A stretch of 62,185 bases of DNA, from sequence record DRR723986_15179; one strand, 5' to 3'. Below are positions 1 through 9,853 of the stretch, piece after piece (the first letter of the stretch is position 1; each line of letters starts with the position of its first letter). The notes below the pieces were generated by a model. It did not search any database. It saw nothing but the letters and a program-made list of their open reading frames with translations, and had not been told where the DNA came from. The translations under genes were made by a program, and so were the position numbers.

Positions 1-232
1 GCTGAAGTGGCCTCAATTCTTAAGTTTAACCTATGTCACATTACTTTTGTCAGCATACTGGAAGAAAAGCGGATGTATATATTATTATTTTAAATAATTG
101 ATAATAAGCCAAATAGATTGATTTATTTGTGGGTAGGTATAGTCCAGTTAAAAAATGGCCTTGTATATCCCCTGTAAGGCATGTTTATTGGTTGCTGAAG
201 TCATTCACTCTAGTTTGTAAATTAATTCCCCA

Positions 233-832
233 ATGAAAAGAATACTACTCCTATTCCTTATCATAATTTTCTTTATTTCTCATCCATCACTCATCTTTGC
301 CCAAGAGGCTTCCGAGGATAGCGGTTCTCTTGAGTCAGGCACGATTGATAGTCAATTTGATTATATCTACAGTGTGTCGAATAATTTCCAAGAATATAAA
401 GTTGTAAAGCGATCAAATTTGGATCAGCTGAAAGCCAATATTCTTGATTCCATGAGTACGATGAGAACTGAGGTCGGTGATCTAAAACTATTGATTGCCA
501 ATGAAAAGGATTCAATCAATAATCTAAATACAATACTGGCAACAGCCGAAACTGAGAAGTTAGCTGCGATTGCCGAAAAAGATAATTTTTCATTCCTTGG
601 TATAGGAATCCACAAAGGGGTTTACTCTTCTATAATGTGGATTCTGGTGGCAGTACTTGCAGGCGCACTTGCTATTTTTTCTTTTCAATATTTCACTAGC
701 TTCAAAAAAATCAAAAAGGCGCAGAAGGATTTGGCCGAAGTACAAGAAGAATTTGAAACCCACCGAAAGAATATGCTTGAACGCGAGCGTAAACTTAAGC
801 GGGAATTGGTTGATGCGCAATTGGGCAGATAG
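233..832 (+). CDS. Conserved hypothetical membrane protein (signal peptide, coiled coil, one TM helix, C-terminal coiled coil)
   Basis: 199-aa ORF; N-terminal signal-like hydrophobic stretch, TM segment SIMWILVAVLAGALAIFSF, charged helical tail; no SAM-binding motif. Confidence 0.8.
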   Translation: MKRILLLFLIIIFFISHPSLIFAQEASEDSGSLESGTIDSQFDYIYSVSNNFQEYKVVKRSNLDQLKANILDSMSTMRTEVGDLKLLIANEKDSINNLNTILATAETEKLAAIAEKDNFSFLGIGIHKGVYSSIMWILVAVLAGALAIFSFQYFTSFKKIKKAQKDLAEVQEEFETHRKNMLERERKLKRELVDAQLGR

Positions 833-1028
833 TTGCCTCATTACACAGCGGCGGTCATTTATACTAATATCATATCAAAAGTATTCAGGAAGGTTCTAGG
901 TAGTCTAGGAATACTTTGGAAGGTTTTACCTTTCTGGTATTCGCGAGACCCATATTGGATTGATTTATTAGTCTAAGTTGATTGTCAAAGCTTTCGCTTT
1001 TACTAAGGAAATCCTTGCAAAAAAGCCT

Positions 1029-1036
1029 TAAGTTTG
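1029..1036 (+). promoter_or_regulatory. Bacteroidota sigma-A -7 promoter element (TAAGTTTG)
   Basis: Exact TAnnTTTG match 24 nt upstream of the ATG at 1061; no clear -33 element. Confidence 0.5.
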
Positions 1037-1060
1037 TGCCCTCAATACCAAAATTAACGG

Positions 1061-2848
1061 ATGGCTAAGAAAAGAGGAACTGCTTTGGAAGAGGGTGAAA
1101 AGAGAAAGTTGAATAAGCAGAATTTAAGTAAACTGGGAGGCATTTTTCAGTTTTTAATGCCGTATAAAGGAACCTTCTTTCTTGGATTGGTTTTCCTTGT
1201 ATTTTCCTCACTTACGCTACTCACCTTCCCTTTTGTAGCTGGCAAGCTTATCGATACCGCGCAAGGCTCAGACTGGATAGTAAATGATATAAATTCTATT
1301 GCCCTGATCTTAGTCGCGATCTTGGCAGTTCAGAGTATTTTCTCTTTTTTCAGAGTTTGGCTTTTTGCCTTGGTCTCGGAGAAATCGATGCGGGATATCC
1401 GGCTAGCCCTGTACTCTAGAATGGTGCGACTTCCTATGACTTTTTTTGATAAGCGCAGGACTGGGGAGCTAATCAGCCGTATTACATCTGATGTCAGTAT
1501 GCTTCAGGATACATTCTCTGTTACACTTGCGGAGCTTTTTCGTCAGGTAGTTACACTTATTGCAGGTGTAATCTTCTTGATGGTCAATACACCCAAATTA
1601 ACCTTATTTATGCTCGCTACCTTCCCAGTTTTGGTGGTAATAGCGATGGTTTTTGGGAAATTTATTCGAAGACTTTCCAAAAGTACGCAGGACGAACTGG
1701 CCTCGGCAAATGTGATTGTAGAGGAAACGCTACAGTCTATCAGTACTGTTAAATCTTTTGTAGGCGAAGCGTTCGAGTCAGCTCGCTATGGCACTGGTTT
1801 GAATAGAGTAGTAGGTGTTGCTTTGCGGGCTGCCAAGTACCGTGGAGCATTTATTTCCTTTATCATTTTTGCCTTGTTTGGAGGAATCGTGGCGGTGATG
1901 TGGTATGGTGCCAGCTTAGTCAGCTCAGGTGAAATGAGTGTAGGGGAATTAGTTTCCTTTGTTTTGTACACTACATTTATCGGCGGATCCATAGCGGGAT
2001 TAGGAGATATTTATGGGCAGGTTCAGAAAGCCATAGGATCATCTGAGCGAGTTTTGGAAATATTAGACGAAGAGCCGGAACCAATTACCGGGCAAAAAGC
2101 CGCTAATTTCCAAGGCAAAATTTCTTTTGATCACGTTGGGTTCCATTACCCAACACGTCCTGAAATGGAAGTTCTAAAAGACCTGACTTTTTATGTGAAT
2201 CCAGGAGAGAAAGTTGCTTTAGCAGGACATTCAGGGGCGGGTAAATCTACCATCATTCAATTGCTGATGCGCTTCTATGACGTGCAGAAAGGATCAATTA
2301 AAGTTGATGATCGACAACTGAGTGAGTGGGATTTGCAAAATCTTAGATCACATGTGGGCATGGTACCACAGGAAGTGTTGCTCTTTGGTGGATCAATTCG
2401 TGAGAATATCGAATATGCTAAGCCTGGTGCATCGGAAGAGGAAATTATTATGGCTTCAAAGCAAGCTAATGCTTGGCAGTTTATTTCACAATTCCCCGAG
2501 GGTCTAGATACCTTAGTAGGTGAGCGAGGGATAAAGCTTTCTGGCGGTCAAAGGCAACGTGTCGCTATCGCCAGAGCTATATTAAAAAACCCATCTATTT
2601 TGATATTGGATGAAGCGACCTCTTCTTTGGATGCGGAATCAGAGCACCTGGTTCAGGAAGCGTTGGATGAGTTGATGAAAGGAAGAACCACCATTATCAT
2701 CGCGCATAGGCTAGCGACAATCCGCAAGGTGGATAGGATATATGTACTTAGCGACGGCGAAATAGTCGAGCAGGGTAATCACGTAGATTTGCTCACTAGA
2801 GAAGATGGTTTTTATGCCAACTTGGTTCGCTTACAATTCGCTGATTAA
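1061..2848 (+). CDS. ABC exporter, fused permease/ATP-binding protein (MsbA/ABCB-like)
   Basis: N-terminal TM domain; Walker A GHSGAGKS, signature LSGGQ, Walker B ILILDE, H-loop IAHRL. Confidence 0.95.
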   Translation: MAKKRGTALEEGEKRKLNKQNLSKLGGIFQFLMPYKGTFFLGLVFLVFSSLTLLTFPFVAGKLIDTAQGSDWIVNDINSIALILVAILAVQSIFSFFRVWLFALVSEKSMRDIRLALYSRMVRLPMTFFDKRRTGELISRITSDVSMLQDTFSVTLAELFRQVVTLIAGVIFLMVNTPKLTLFMLATFPVLVVIAMVFGKFIRRLSKSTQDELASANVIVEETLQSISTVKSFVGEAFESARYGTGLNRVVGVALRAAKYRGAFISFIIFALFGGIVAVMWYGASLVSSGEMSVGELVSFVLYTTFIGGSIAGLGDIYGQVQKAIGSSERVLEILDEEPEPITGQKAANFQGKISFDHVGFHYPTRPEMEVLKDLTFYVNPGEKVALAGHSGAGKSTIIQLLMRFYDVQKGSIKVDDRQLSEWDLQNLRSHVGMVPQEVLLFGGSIRENIEYAKPGASEEEIIMASKQANAWQFISQFPEGLDTLVGERGIKLSGGQRQRVAIARAILKNPSILILDEATSSLDAESEHLVQEALDELMKGRTTIIIAHRLATIRKVDRIYVLSDGEIVEQGNHVDLLTREDGFYANLVRLQFAD

Positions 2849-3516
2849 CCTAAATTGTGGGCACTGATTGATTTGATCATGCCCATGAATCTTTCCAGAT
2901 ACAGTTTAGATTCAGGGAAGAGCTGCTGCATTTCTTTTTGATCAAGTAATCGGATTTCATCTAGATATTGCTGCGCGTGTTTAGGATCCCATTTCTGAAG
3001 CCTACTCACTTTTGTTTTGGTGAGGAAAAAGAAAAGCAGGTTATGAGGAAGGTATTGGGCAAAGGGAATTGCGTAATGCGCCTCTATTGGAAATGTCCGG
3101 TTTGGAGTTTGGATAAAATGCTTTTTACCCACACGAAGTATCTCATTGGCCATTTTTTGCTGATTTTCCCATGTATACAAGTGCTCAATTACAGAGTTTG
3201 AAAAGACCAAATCAAAACTATTGTCTTCGAACTCAGGCATACTCGTTGCATCGCCAACTACAGATTTTATTTTAGGATGCGTAGTATTTTCCTTTCCTAG
3301 ATTTAGAAGTGTGATTTCAATATTAGGCAAGGAGGGAAGACTGCTGGTATCCCAGAAATAGGAAGCACCACCCACATCAAGAACTCGAATCGGATCGTTT
3401 TTAGAAAAATTCTGAAAGAATAAATCTTCAAAATCTTTTTGTCTTTGGTTTCTAAATTTAGCTCCCAAAGAATTGGGATTGTCGGAAGGTGAAAAGAAAT
3501 TCGAAATAAAACTCAT
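2845..3516 (-). CDS. Class I SAM-dependent methyltransferase
   Basis: VLDVGGA motif I and FDLVFSNSVIEHL; start moved to ATG 3516 (MSFISNFF) from the track's TTG at 3546. Confidence 0.85.
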   Translation of the reverse strand: MSFISNFFSPSDNPNSLGAKFRNQRQKDFEDLFFQNFSKNDPIRVLDVGGASYFWDTSSLPSLPNIEITLLNLGKENTTHPKIKSVVGDATSMPEFEDNSFDLVFSNSVIEHLYTWENQQKMANEILRVGKKHFIQTPNRTFPIEAHYAIPFAQYLPHNLLFFFLTKTKVSRLQKWDPKHAQQYLDEIRLLDQKEMQQLFPESKLYLERFMGMIKSISAHNLG

Positions 3517-3553
3517 GCGTTGCCCTAGAGGCGTTTCAGCTAACAAATAATCA

Positions 3554-3561
3554 CAAAAGTA
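3554..3561 (-). promoter_or_regulatory. Bacteroidota -7 promoter element (TACTTTTG on minus strand)
   Basis: caaaagta on + strand; exact TAnnTTTG match upstream of ATG 3516. Confidence 0.5.
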
Positions 3562-3764
3562 ATCAGCCTTGGGGATTCTTTGCTTAATTTCGAGATTGAA
3601 ATGAATCTCATTTCGTATCTAAATGAATTGCTGCAGCTCTTAATTGATAATAAGCTTGGTTTTGGCCCCACTACTTTCCAAAAATTCAAAAAACTTTATC
3701 GAACATAGAATTGTAAATCGATCCTAGCACGAGCTAATTTTTATTTGTCCTAATAGCTATTGAT

Positions 3765-4688
3765 TTGTATAAAGCCTGTAAGTTTTGTGGAAGTTTAAGC
3801 CTTATATCTTTTGAGGCTACAGAGAGAATGTTTGGAATGGGCGGATCCTTTTCCTATTCGGAATGCGCTGATTGTAGGTCTATTCAACTTGACGAGGTCC
3901 CACCAAATCTTGGCGACTATTACTCCCAATCCGGATATTATTCATTTCTACCCTTAGTACAATCCGGCTTAGCCAGAAGGATATTTAAGCAGGTTCGTAT
4001 GAGTTTATTGCTAACTACAAAGTCAAAGGCCTTTGAGCCTAAGGAATATGGTTATTGGTTAAAAAAGCTAGCGCCAACATTTCATTCAAAAATTGCTGAC
4101 GTCGGATGCGGCAATGGCCAATTGCTTTACGAATTGTTTGCTTCAGGATATACCGATTTGCACGGGTTTGATCCTTTTATGAAGCAAAATCTCACAGTCA
4201 ATCCAAGTCTCCATCTTTGGAAAAAGGGAATTGAAGAAAGTGAAAATACGTTTGATCTAATAATGCTACATCATGCTTTTGAGCATATGGAAAACCCAAT
4301 GGAAGCTCTGCAAGCATGTTATGATAAACTCAATCCAGGTGGAAGGCTATTGATCAGAACTCCTGTGGCCGATGCTGCAATATGGAAGGAAAAGCAGGAG
4401 TTTTGGGTGCAATTAGATGCGCCTAGACATTTGATTATTCCATCCATTTCTGGATTTGAAATTGTTTCTAAGAGCATAGGATTTAACTTGGATGAAGTGC
4501 TGTTTGATTCTACTGCATTTCAATTCTGGGGGACAGAATTATATGAAAGAGGCATTTCACTTCATAAGAAATCTGCACATGATGTTTTTTCCCAAAAGGA
4601 AATAGAGAGTTTAGAAAAAAAAGCCCTCCGTTATAATAAGGAGGGCAAAGGTGATCAGGTATGTTTCTTCCTAAGTAAAACAGATTAG
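3765..4688 (+). CDS. Class I SAM-dependent methyltransferase with N-terminal zinc ribbon
   Basis: CKFC...CADC Cys pairs; IADVGCGNG motif I; FDLIMLHHAFEH; DAPRHL; TTG start uncertain. Confidence 0.85.
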   Translation: MYKACKFCGSLSLISFEATERMFGMGGSFSYSECADCRSIQLDEVPPNLGDYYSQSGYYSFLPLVQSGLARRIFKQVRMSLLLTTKSKAFEPKEYGYWLKKLAPTFHSKIADVGCGNGQLLYELFASGYTDLHGFDPFMKQNLTVNPSLHLWKKGIEESENTFDLIMLHHAFEHMENPMEALQACYDKLNPGGRLLIRTPVADAAIWKEKQEFWVQLDAPRHLIIPSISGFEIVSKSIGFNLDEVLFDSTAFQFWGTELYERGISLHKKSAHDVFSQKEIESLEKKALRYNKEGKGDQVCFFLSKTD

Positions 4689-5599
4689 ACTTTAAATAAA
4701 GCTTCAAAGAAGCCCATTGTTTCACCCTTTTTCTTAAAGATCAGCATTGGTAAAACGTTATTTACCATAACTAATTTTTCGGCCACACTACCAAGAAGAA
4801 TTGCTGCTGATTTAGTTTTTCCTCTAGATCCAAGTAATATCATGTCTGCACCGAGTTTTTCGGCTTCTTCCAGTAGGGCTTTGCCCTGTCCTTCACCGTT
4901 GTTCAATACGAATTGGCATTCTAATTCTTTATGGTTATGTTTTTGAATGAATCGTCTAAAGTCTTCACGAGCATTCTCTTTCATGATTTCTGCAAACTCC
5001 TCAAAGGATTTGCCGGTTTTAGAATATCCGTGAGGTACTTCATATAGGTGGACAGGAATTAACTCCGCCCCTAATTCTTCGGAAATCCTCTCTCCAAAAT
5101 CATAGATCAAGTCCGTGTGATCAGAGAAATCGGAAGGAATCATTATTTTCTTTGGCAATCCTGGCTTCCTTCTTTCTTGTAATAATAAGACTGAGCAAGG
5201 TGCTTTTTTTGCAATGCCTTTGGCAAGAGAGCCTGATCCTTGCAACTCTTCTTTTCTACCCATGATGATCAAATCAACATCTTTGATTTTAGCCCACCTT
5301 AGTAGGGTTTCTAGCTGGTGGGCTCCTTCTTCCGCAAAAACCTCAATATCCATCGTCTCTGGAAAATCAAACTCGGCTAGTTTCGACTTAATCAAGGCCT
5401 CAATAGACTCATCGCCTGGAGCAAGTAACTCAGGATGGTTTTTAAGAATTTCGTCAGGAACTGCCAGATTTTTGGCTACATGCACAAAATAGCATTTATC
5501 TATTCCTAAGAAATTTAGGTAAACTATCGTTTTTTTGATCAGGATGTCATCCATCTCAGTCAGATCAAGACCAATCATAGCCTTATAAAAATACTTCAT
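4685..5599 (-). CDS. Universal stress protein (tandem USP domains)
   Basis: Two USP-like repeats: DLIIMGRK...GSLA...APCSVLL and DMILLGSRG...LGSVAEKLV. Confidence 0.9.
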   Translation of the reverse strand: MKYFYKAMIGLDLTEMDDILIKKTIVYLNFLGIDKCYFVHVAKNLAVPDEILKNHPELLAPGDESIEALIKSKLAEFDFPETMDIEVFAEEGAHQLETLLRWAKIKDVDLIIMGRKEELQGSGSLAKGIAKKAPCSVLLLQERRKPGLPKKIMIPSDFSDHTDLIYDFGERISEELGAELIPVHLYEVPHGYSKTGKSFEEFAEIMKENAREDFRRFIQKHNHKELECQFVLNNGEGQGKALLEEAEKLGADMILLGSRGKTKSAAILLGSVAEKLVMVNNVLPMLIFKKKGETMGFFEALFKV

Positions 5600-5691
5600 A
5601 GTTGTTTGGTGTTTATTCCCCTTAATTTAAAGCTTTGATCCAGTTTATCGAATAGTTTTTATGTTTTTACTTGCTGAATTCCTTTTCGAGG

Positions 5692-5699
5692 TAAATTTG
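5692..5699 (+). promoter_or_regulatory. Bacteroidota -7 promoter element (TAAATTTG) with TTG 18 nt upstream
   Basis: Exact TAnnTTTG; TTG at 5671-5673; ATGs at 5704 and 5713. Confidence 0.55.
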
Positions 5700-5703
5700 C
5701 CTG

Positions 5704-6258
5704 ATGAAGATAATGCAAAAATATTTTTTGGCCATCGTACCTGATGGTGAGTTTGAAGAGCAAGTAACAAACCTAAAATTGGAGATAAAGAACCGTTTTC
5801 AGGCTAAATATGCATTGAAATCTCCTCCTCATATTACCGTGAAAATGCCATTTACTTATAATGAGGCCAAAGAGGAGCAACTTATTGGGAGACTGGGAAG
5901 TTTTATGGCCAACTATGAGCCAATGCACCTCATAATAAAAGGAGTGAAAACATTTGGCGAGCGTGTAATCTATCTTGATGTCCATGCTGAACAGGACTTA
6001 TATGATTTTCAAAGTGACTTAAAAAACTTTTGTAAAAGGGAATTAAACCTAGTGGATGAGCTGAGTGATCGGAATTATCACCCTCATATGACGGTAGCAT
6101 TTAAGGATATTAAAAAAGATAAGTTTCAGAATATTCTTCACTTCGTGTCTGAAATGGGGTTAATGCATAAAATCGAAGTTTCTAACATTATGCTTTTAAA
6201 AAGAGTAGATAGGGTGTGGAAATTGCATAAAAAGCTACAAAAATTGGTTGATTCATGA
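5704..6258 (+). CDS. 2H phosphoesterase (2'-5' RNA ligase/LigT-like family)
   Basis: Two HxT motifs, PPHITV and HPHMTV, about 85 aa apart. Confidence 0.88.
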   Translation: MKIMQKYFLAIVPDGEFEEQVTNLKLEIKNRFQAKYALKSPPHITVKMPFTYNEAKEEQLIGRLGSFMANYEPMHLIIKGVKTFGERVIYLDVHAEQDLYDFQSDLKNFCKRELNLVDELSDRNYHPHMTVAFKDIKKDKFQNILHFVSEMGLMHKIEVSNIMLLKRVDRVWKLHKKLQKLVDS

Positions 6259-6516
6259 TTGTTGCTATATAATTTGTCGAAAAAGGGATAAAAACTGAAC
6301 TTTTTTTCAGACTCTTTAAATCGTGCTATATTTTGCATTATTAGCAATTTACAGAATTTTATTCTTTTCAATTTTTTATTAAGTTTTATAGTCTCGGATT
6401 AATATGGAGGTTTTTTCATTAAACTAATTGATTAAAAGAATTTTGTTTGGATAATTTGCCCAAAAAGATTTTTAGTGCATACGACCAGTTTTAACTATTT
6501 AGGTTACACGGGATCG

Positions 6517-6588
6517 AATTCAGATTTTTTTTAGAATAATTCAGATTTTTTAGGAGCTAAAATTGAAAAATGAGAAATAAAAATCTGA
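6517..6588. promoter_or_regulatory. Putative transcription-factor binding array upstream of susC (AATTCAGATTTTTT x2 plus inverted copy)
   Basis: Identical 14-mers at 6517 and 6538 (21-bp period); inverted AAAAATCTGA at 6579-6588. Confidence 0.4.
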
Positions 6589-6753
6589 GCAACGTAAAGA
6601 TTGGGTGTTTTTAAATTCAGTTTTACATTTTTTAACAAAATTTCGAAATAAAGTATTTTATCGGGTTGATATAGTGGAAGTTGTGGGTCATTGAAAAACC
6701 AACTTTAGGTTTAATATTCGCGTCAAATACCACTCCACGTAAATGATTAATCT

Positions 6754-9700
6754 ATGAAGAAAGTTTTATTAACCTTTGCTTTCGCGATTCTGACTTTGGT
6801 GTCAGTCTTAGCCCAAAGCAAGTCAATAACTGGTAGAGTCACTTCGGCTGAAGAGCCTGAAGGCATACCAGGTGCAAGTGTAATAGTGAAAGGCACTACT
6901 GTAGGGGCGATCACAGATTTGGACGGAAGTTATTCAATCCAAGCTCCAGCTGACGCGACCACCCTTGTATTTAGTTTTGTTGGCTACCTGTCTAAAGAGA
7001 TGCCAATTGGATCCAATTCCGTTATAAATGTAGTTTTGGATGTGGATGTAAAAACCCTCAACGAAGTGGTTGTAGTGGGATACGGAACACAAGAAAGAAG
7101 AGAAATCACAGGTTCAGTAGCATCAATTGATGCTTCAGCGATTGAGAATTTGGTGTCTCCTTCCTTTGAGACTCAGCTTGCGGGTAGAGCACCAGGTGTG
7201 CAAGTAACTACTCCAAGCGGTATTTTGGGTTCTGCTCCAATCATCCGAATTCGTGGCGTGAACTCACTTACTTCAAGTGCAAGCCCGCTGTTCGTTATTG
7301 ATGGAGTTCCTATGGTGAATTCTGACAGATCTGCTGTTAACGCTTCAAACCCTATGGCAAATATCAACCCTTCTGACATTGCTTCATTTGAAGTATTGAA
7401 AGATGGTTCAGCATCTGCAATCTATGGTTCTAGAGCTGCAAATGGTGTTATCTTGATCACAACCAAAAGAGGAGCAACTGGGAAAGCTAAGGTGAATTAC
7501 AGCACTACTATGGGCTTCAATGAGGCTGTAGATACATTTGACCTTCTTACTGGTGATGAATGGGTTACTATTGCCAATGAAAAAAGAACAAATGCAGGTC
7601 AATCTGAACTTGCTGCGCCAGGCGTGAATACAGATTGGCAAGATCTTGTTTTCAGAAAAGGATTTACTCAGCAGCACAACCTATCGATTAGTGGTGGATC
7701 TGAAGCTACAAAGTACTTCTTCTCATTAGGATTTACTGATCAGGAATCTCCGGTAAGACCAAATGAATTAAGCAGGTATTCTTTCAGAGGCAATATTGAT
7801 CATAATATCTCTAAAGCGGTACGAGTGGGAACATCTATGTCCTATTCATATACTGAGATTTTTGGCCTAAATAATGGTTCAAATTCACTTTCAGGAGCGA
7901 TCTACAATGCTACCCGTGCTTTGCCAAACGTACCAATCTATGATGCAGAGAATACAGCATTTGATGGATTTAATGTTACTGCGAACGGTGCAACGACTGG
8001 ATTTGGAGCTAACGCTGCTGGACCAGATAACAACATTCCAAACATTGGTTTTGTAATTCAAAACAACATCTATAGAAGCCGTACGCACCGTATGATAGGA
8101 AACGCCTACGGTGAAGTAGATATTATCAATGGCTTGACTGCTAGAACACAAATTGGAGTTGATTTGACAATGGCAGATGATTTCCAGTCTCTTGATGCTA
8201 GACATGGTGACGGTAGAAGCTCAAATGGTAGCGTCTATATGGCTACTAACCCAGCTTTCCAGTGGAACTGGCAAAATACGTTGAACTATCAGACCGTATT
8301 TGCTGATGACCATAACCTAAACGTAACTGCTGGTTTGGAATATCAGTTTGCTAAATATTATGGTTTTAGTGGACAGGGTACTGATATCTCAGATGATTAT
8401 TTCAGAAGAAATAACTTGATTACAGGTTCTTATAATAACCAATTTTCAGGTGGTAGCTACACTGAAAGAGGATATGATTCTTACTTCGGTAGATTCAACT
8501 ATTCTTACAAGGGTAAGTATTTGGCTTCCTTCACGGTTAGAAACGACGGAATCTCTGATTTGGCAGTAGAAAATCAAAGAGGAACATTCTTTGGTGGTTC
8601 TGTGGGATGGAGACTTTCTGATGAGGCCTTCTTTAATTCTGACCTGATCTCTGATTTAAAATTGAGAGCTTCTTATGCTGAAGTAGGAAATACGGGGATA
8701 GATTCATTTGCTGCTTATGGAGGATATAGCCCAGTTCTAGGTGGTGCAGGTGCAGGCATCGGCTATAATAGAATTGCTAACGCTGACCTTCAGTGGGAAA
8801 CTTCCAAAAAACTAAACTTCGGTTTGGATATGACTATTGGGAGAGTAACATTCTCCGCAGATTACTTCAAAAACAACATTGACGGAATGATTCTAGCTGC
8901 ACCGACAGCACCTTCTTTGGGTGTTCCTGGTAACAGCATCAACCAGAACGTAGGTCAGATGGAGAACTCAGGTTTTGAATTGAGAGTATTCTCTAATGTA
9001 ATCAATAGAGGTAAATTCACTTGGGATACCGATTTCAACATCACATTTATCAAAAATGAGGTTACTAACTTGATTAGCCCGCTAACAGGTACTTATAATA
9101 AGACTGAAGTTGGAAATCCAGTAGCCCAGCTATATGGAGTAATGTGGGCAGGTGTTAACCCTGCAAATGGTAACCCAATGTATTATTCTGGCGAAAACAT
9201 CGTACAATACAACTTGGTACCAGGTGCACTTGGCTTTAAACAATACAATCCAGCTGATCCTTCAAATGTATCTACCGCAGCTTCTGGACCTACTCAAGAA
9301 TATTTGGGAAATACACTTCCTAAGTGGCAAGGAGGCTGGTCTAACAATTTCAAATTCGGAAACTTCGATGCTGAGATTTTTACTAGATTCTCTGGTGGAA
9401 ACTACATTATGAACGAATCTCTTAGAGGTTTGCTAGGCCAAGGATTCTCTAATAACCAAGCAAGCATCCTAAACAGATGGACAGAAAGCGGTCAAGTAAC
9501 AGACATTCCTAAGCTTTACTCAGGTCAGGATCAAAACATGTGGCAAAACTCTGTGTCTAATTCTAGATTCGTAGAGAAAGGTGATTATGTGAAAATTCAG
9601 AATATCGTTCTTGGATACACTGTCCCTACTTCTGCATTGCAGTCCACATTTAATGGAGCGATTACAAATGTGAGAATATTTGGACAGGTTCAGAATCCAT

Positions 9701-9831
9701 TCACATTTACTGGCTATTCAGGCTTGGATCCAGAAGCAAACTCTTACTCTGGTCAGCTAAGCTTCGGTGTAGATTGGAATGTCGCTCCGATCATCCGTAC
9801 CTATACACTCGGCATAAACGTAGGTTTCTAA
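6754..9831 (+). CDS. susC: SusC/RagA family TonB-dependent outer-membrane transporter
   Basis: Signal peptide, CarboxypepD_reg-like N-domain, EVVVVGYG, plug motif LKDGSASAIYGSRAANGVILITTK, C-terminal Phe. Confidence 0.96.
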   Translation: MKKVLLTFAFAILTLVSVLAQSKSITGRVTSAEEPEGIPGASVIVKGTTVGAITDLDGSYSIQAPADATTLVFSFVGYLSKEMPIGSNSVINVVLDVDVKTLNEVVVVGYGTQERREITGSVASIDASAIENLVSPSFETQLAGRAPGVQVTTPSGILGSAPIIRIRGVNSLTSSASPLFVIDGVPMVNSDRSAVNASNPMANINPSDIASFEVLKDGSASAIYGSRAANGVILITTKRGATGKAKVNYSTTMGFNEAVDTFDLLTGDEWVTIANEKRTNAGQSELAAPGVNTDWQDLVFRKGFTQQHNLSISGGSEATKYFFSLGFTDQESPVRPNELSRYSFRGNIDHNISKAVRVGTSMSYSYTEIFGLNNGSNSLSGAIYNATRALPNVPIYDAENTAFDGFNVTANGATTGFGANAAGPDNNIPNIGFVIQNNIYRSRTHRMIGNAYGEVDIINGLTARTQIGVDLTMADDFQSLDARHGDGRSSNGSVYMATNPAFQWNWQNTLNYQTVFADDHNLNVTAGLEYQFAKYYGFSGQGTDISDDYFRRNNLITGSYNNQFSGGSYTERGYDSYFGRFNYSYKGKYLASFTVRNDGISDLAVENQRGTFFGGSVGWRLSDEAFFNSDLISDLKLRASYAEVGNTGIDSFAAYGGYSPVLGGAGAGIGYNRIANADLQWETSKKLNFGLDMTIGRVTFSADYFKNNIDGMILAAPTAPSLGVPGNSINQNVGQMENSGFELRVFSNVINRGKFTWDTDFNITFIKNEVTNLISPLTGTYNKTEVGNPVAQLYGVMWAGVNPANGNPMYYSGENIVQYNLVPGALGFKQYNPADPSNVSTAASGPTQEYLGNTLPKWQGGWSNNFKFGNFDAEIFTRFSGGNYIMNESLRGLLGQGFSNNQASILNRWTESGQVTDIPKLYSGQDQNMWQNSVSNSRFVEKGDYVKIQNIVLGYTVPTSALQSTFNGAITNVRIFGQVQNPFTFTGYSGLDPEANSYSGQLSFGVDWNVAPIIRTYTLGINVGF

Positions 9832-9853
9832 TCACTCCAACCGAAAAATTATC

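Noticed and set aside
233-832. Possible tRNA methyltransferase label, which I recall being propagated to similar proteins
   Set aside because: No SPOUT or Rossmann SAM motif; signal peptide, TM helix and coiled coils indicate an envelope protein
909-942. Imperfect hairpin GAATAC..GGAAGGT-ttt-ACCTTTC..GTATTC, loosely like the REP-like palindromes
   Set aside because: Too divergent to assign to that family and has no U tract; left uncalled
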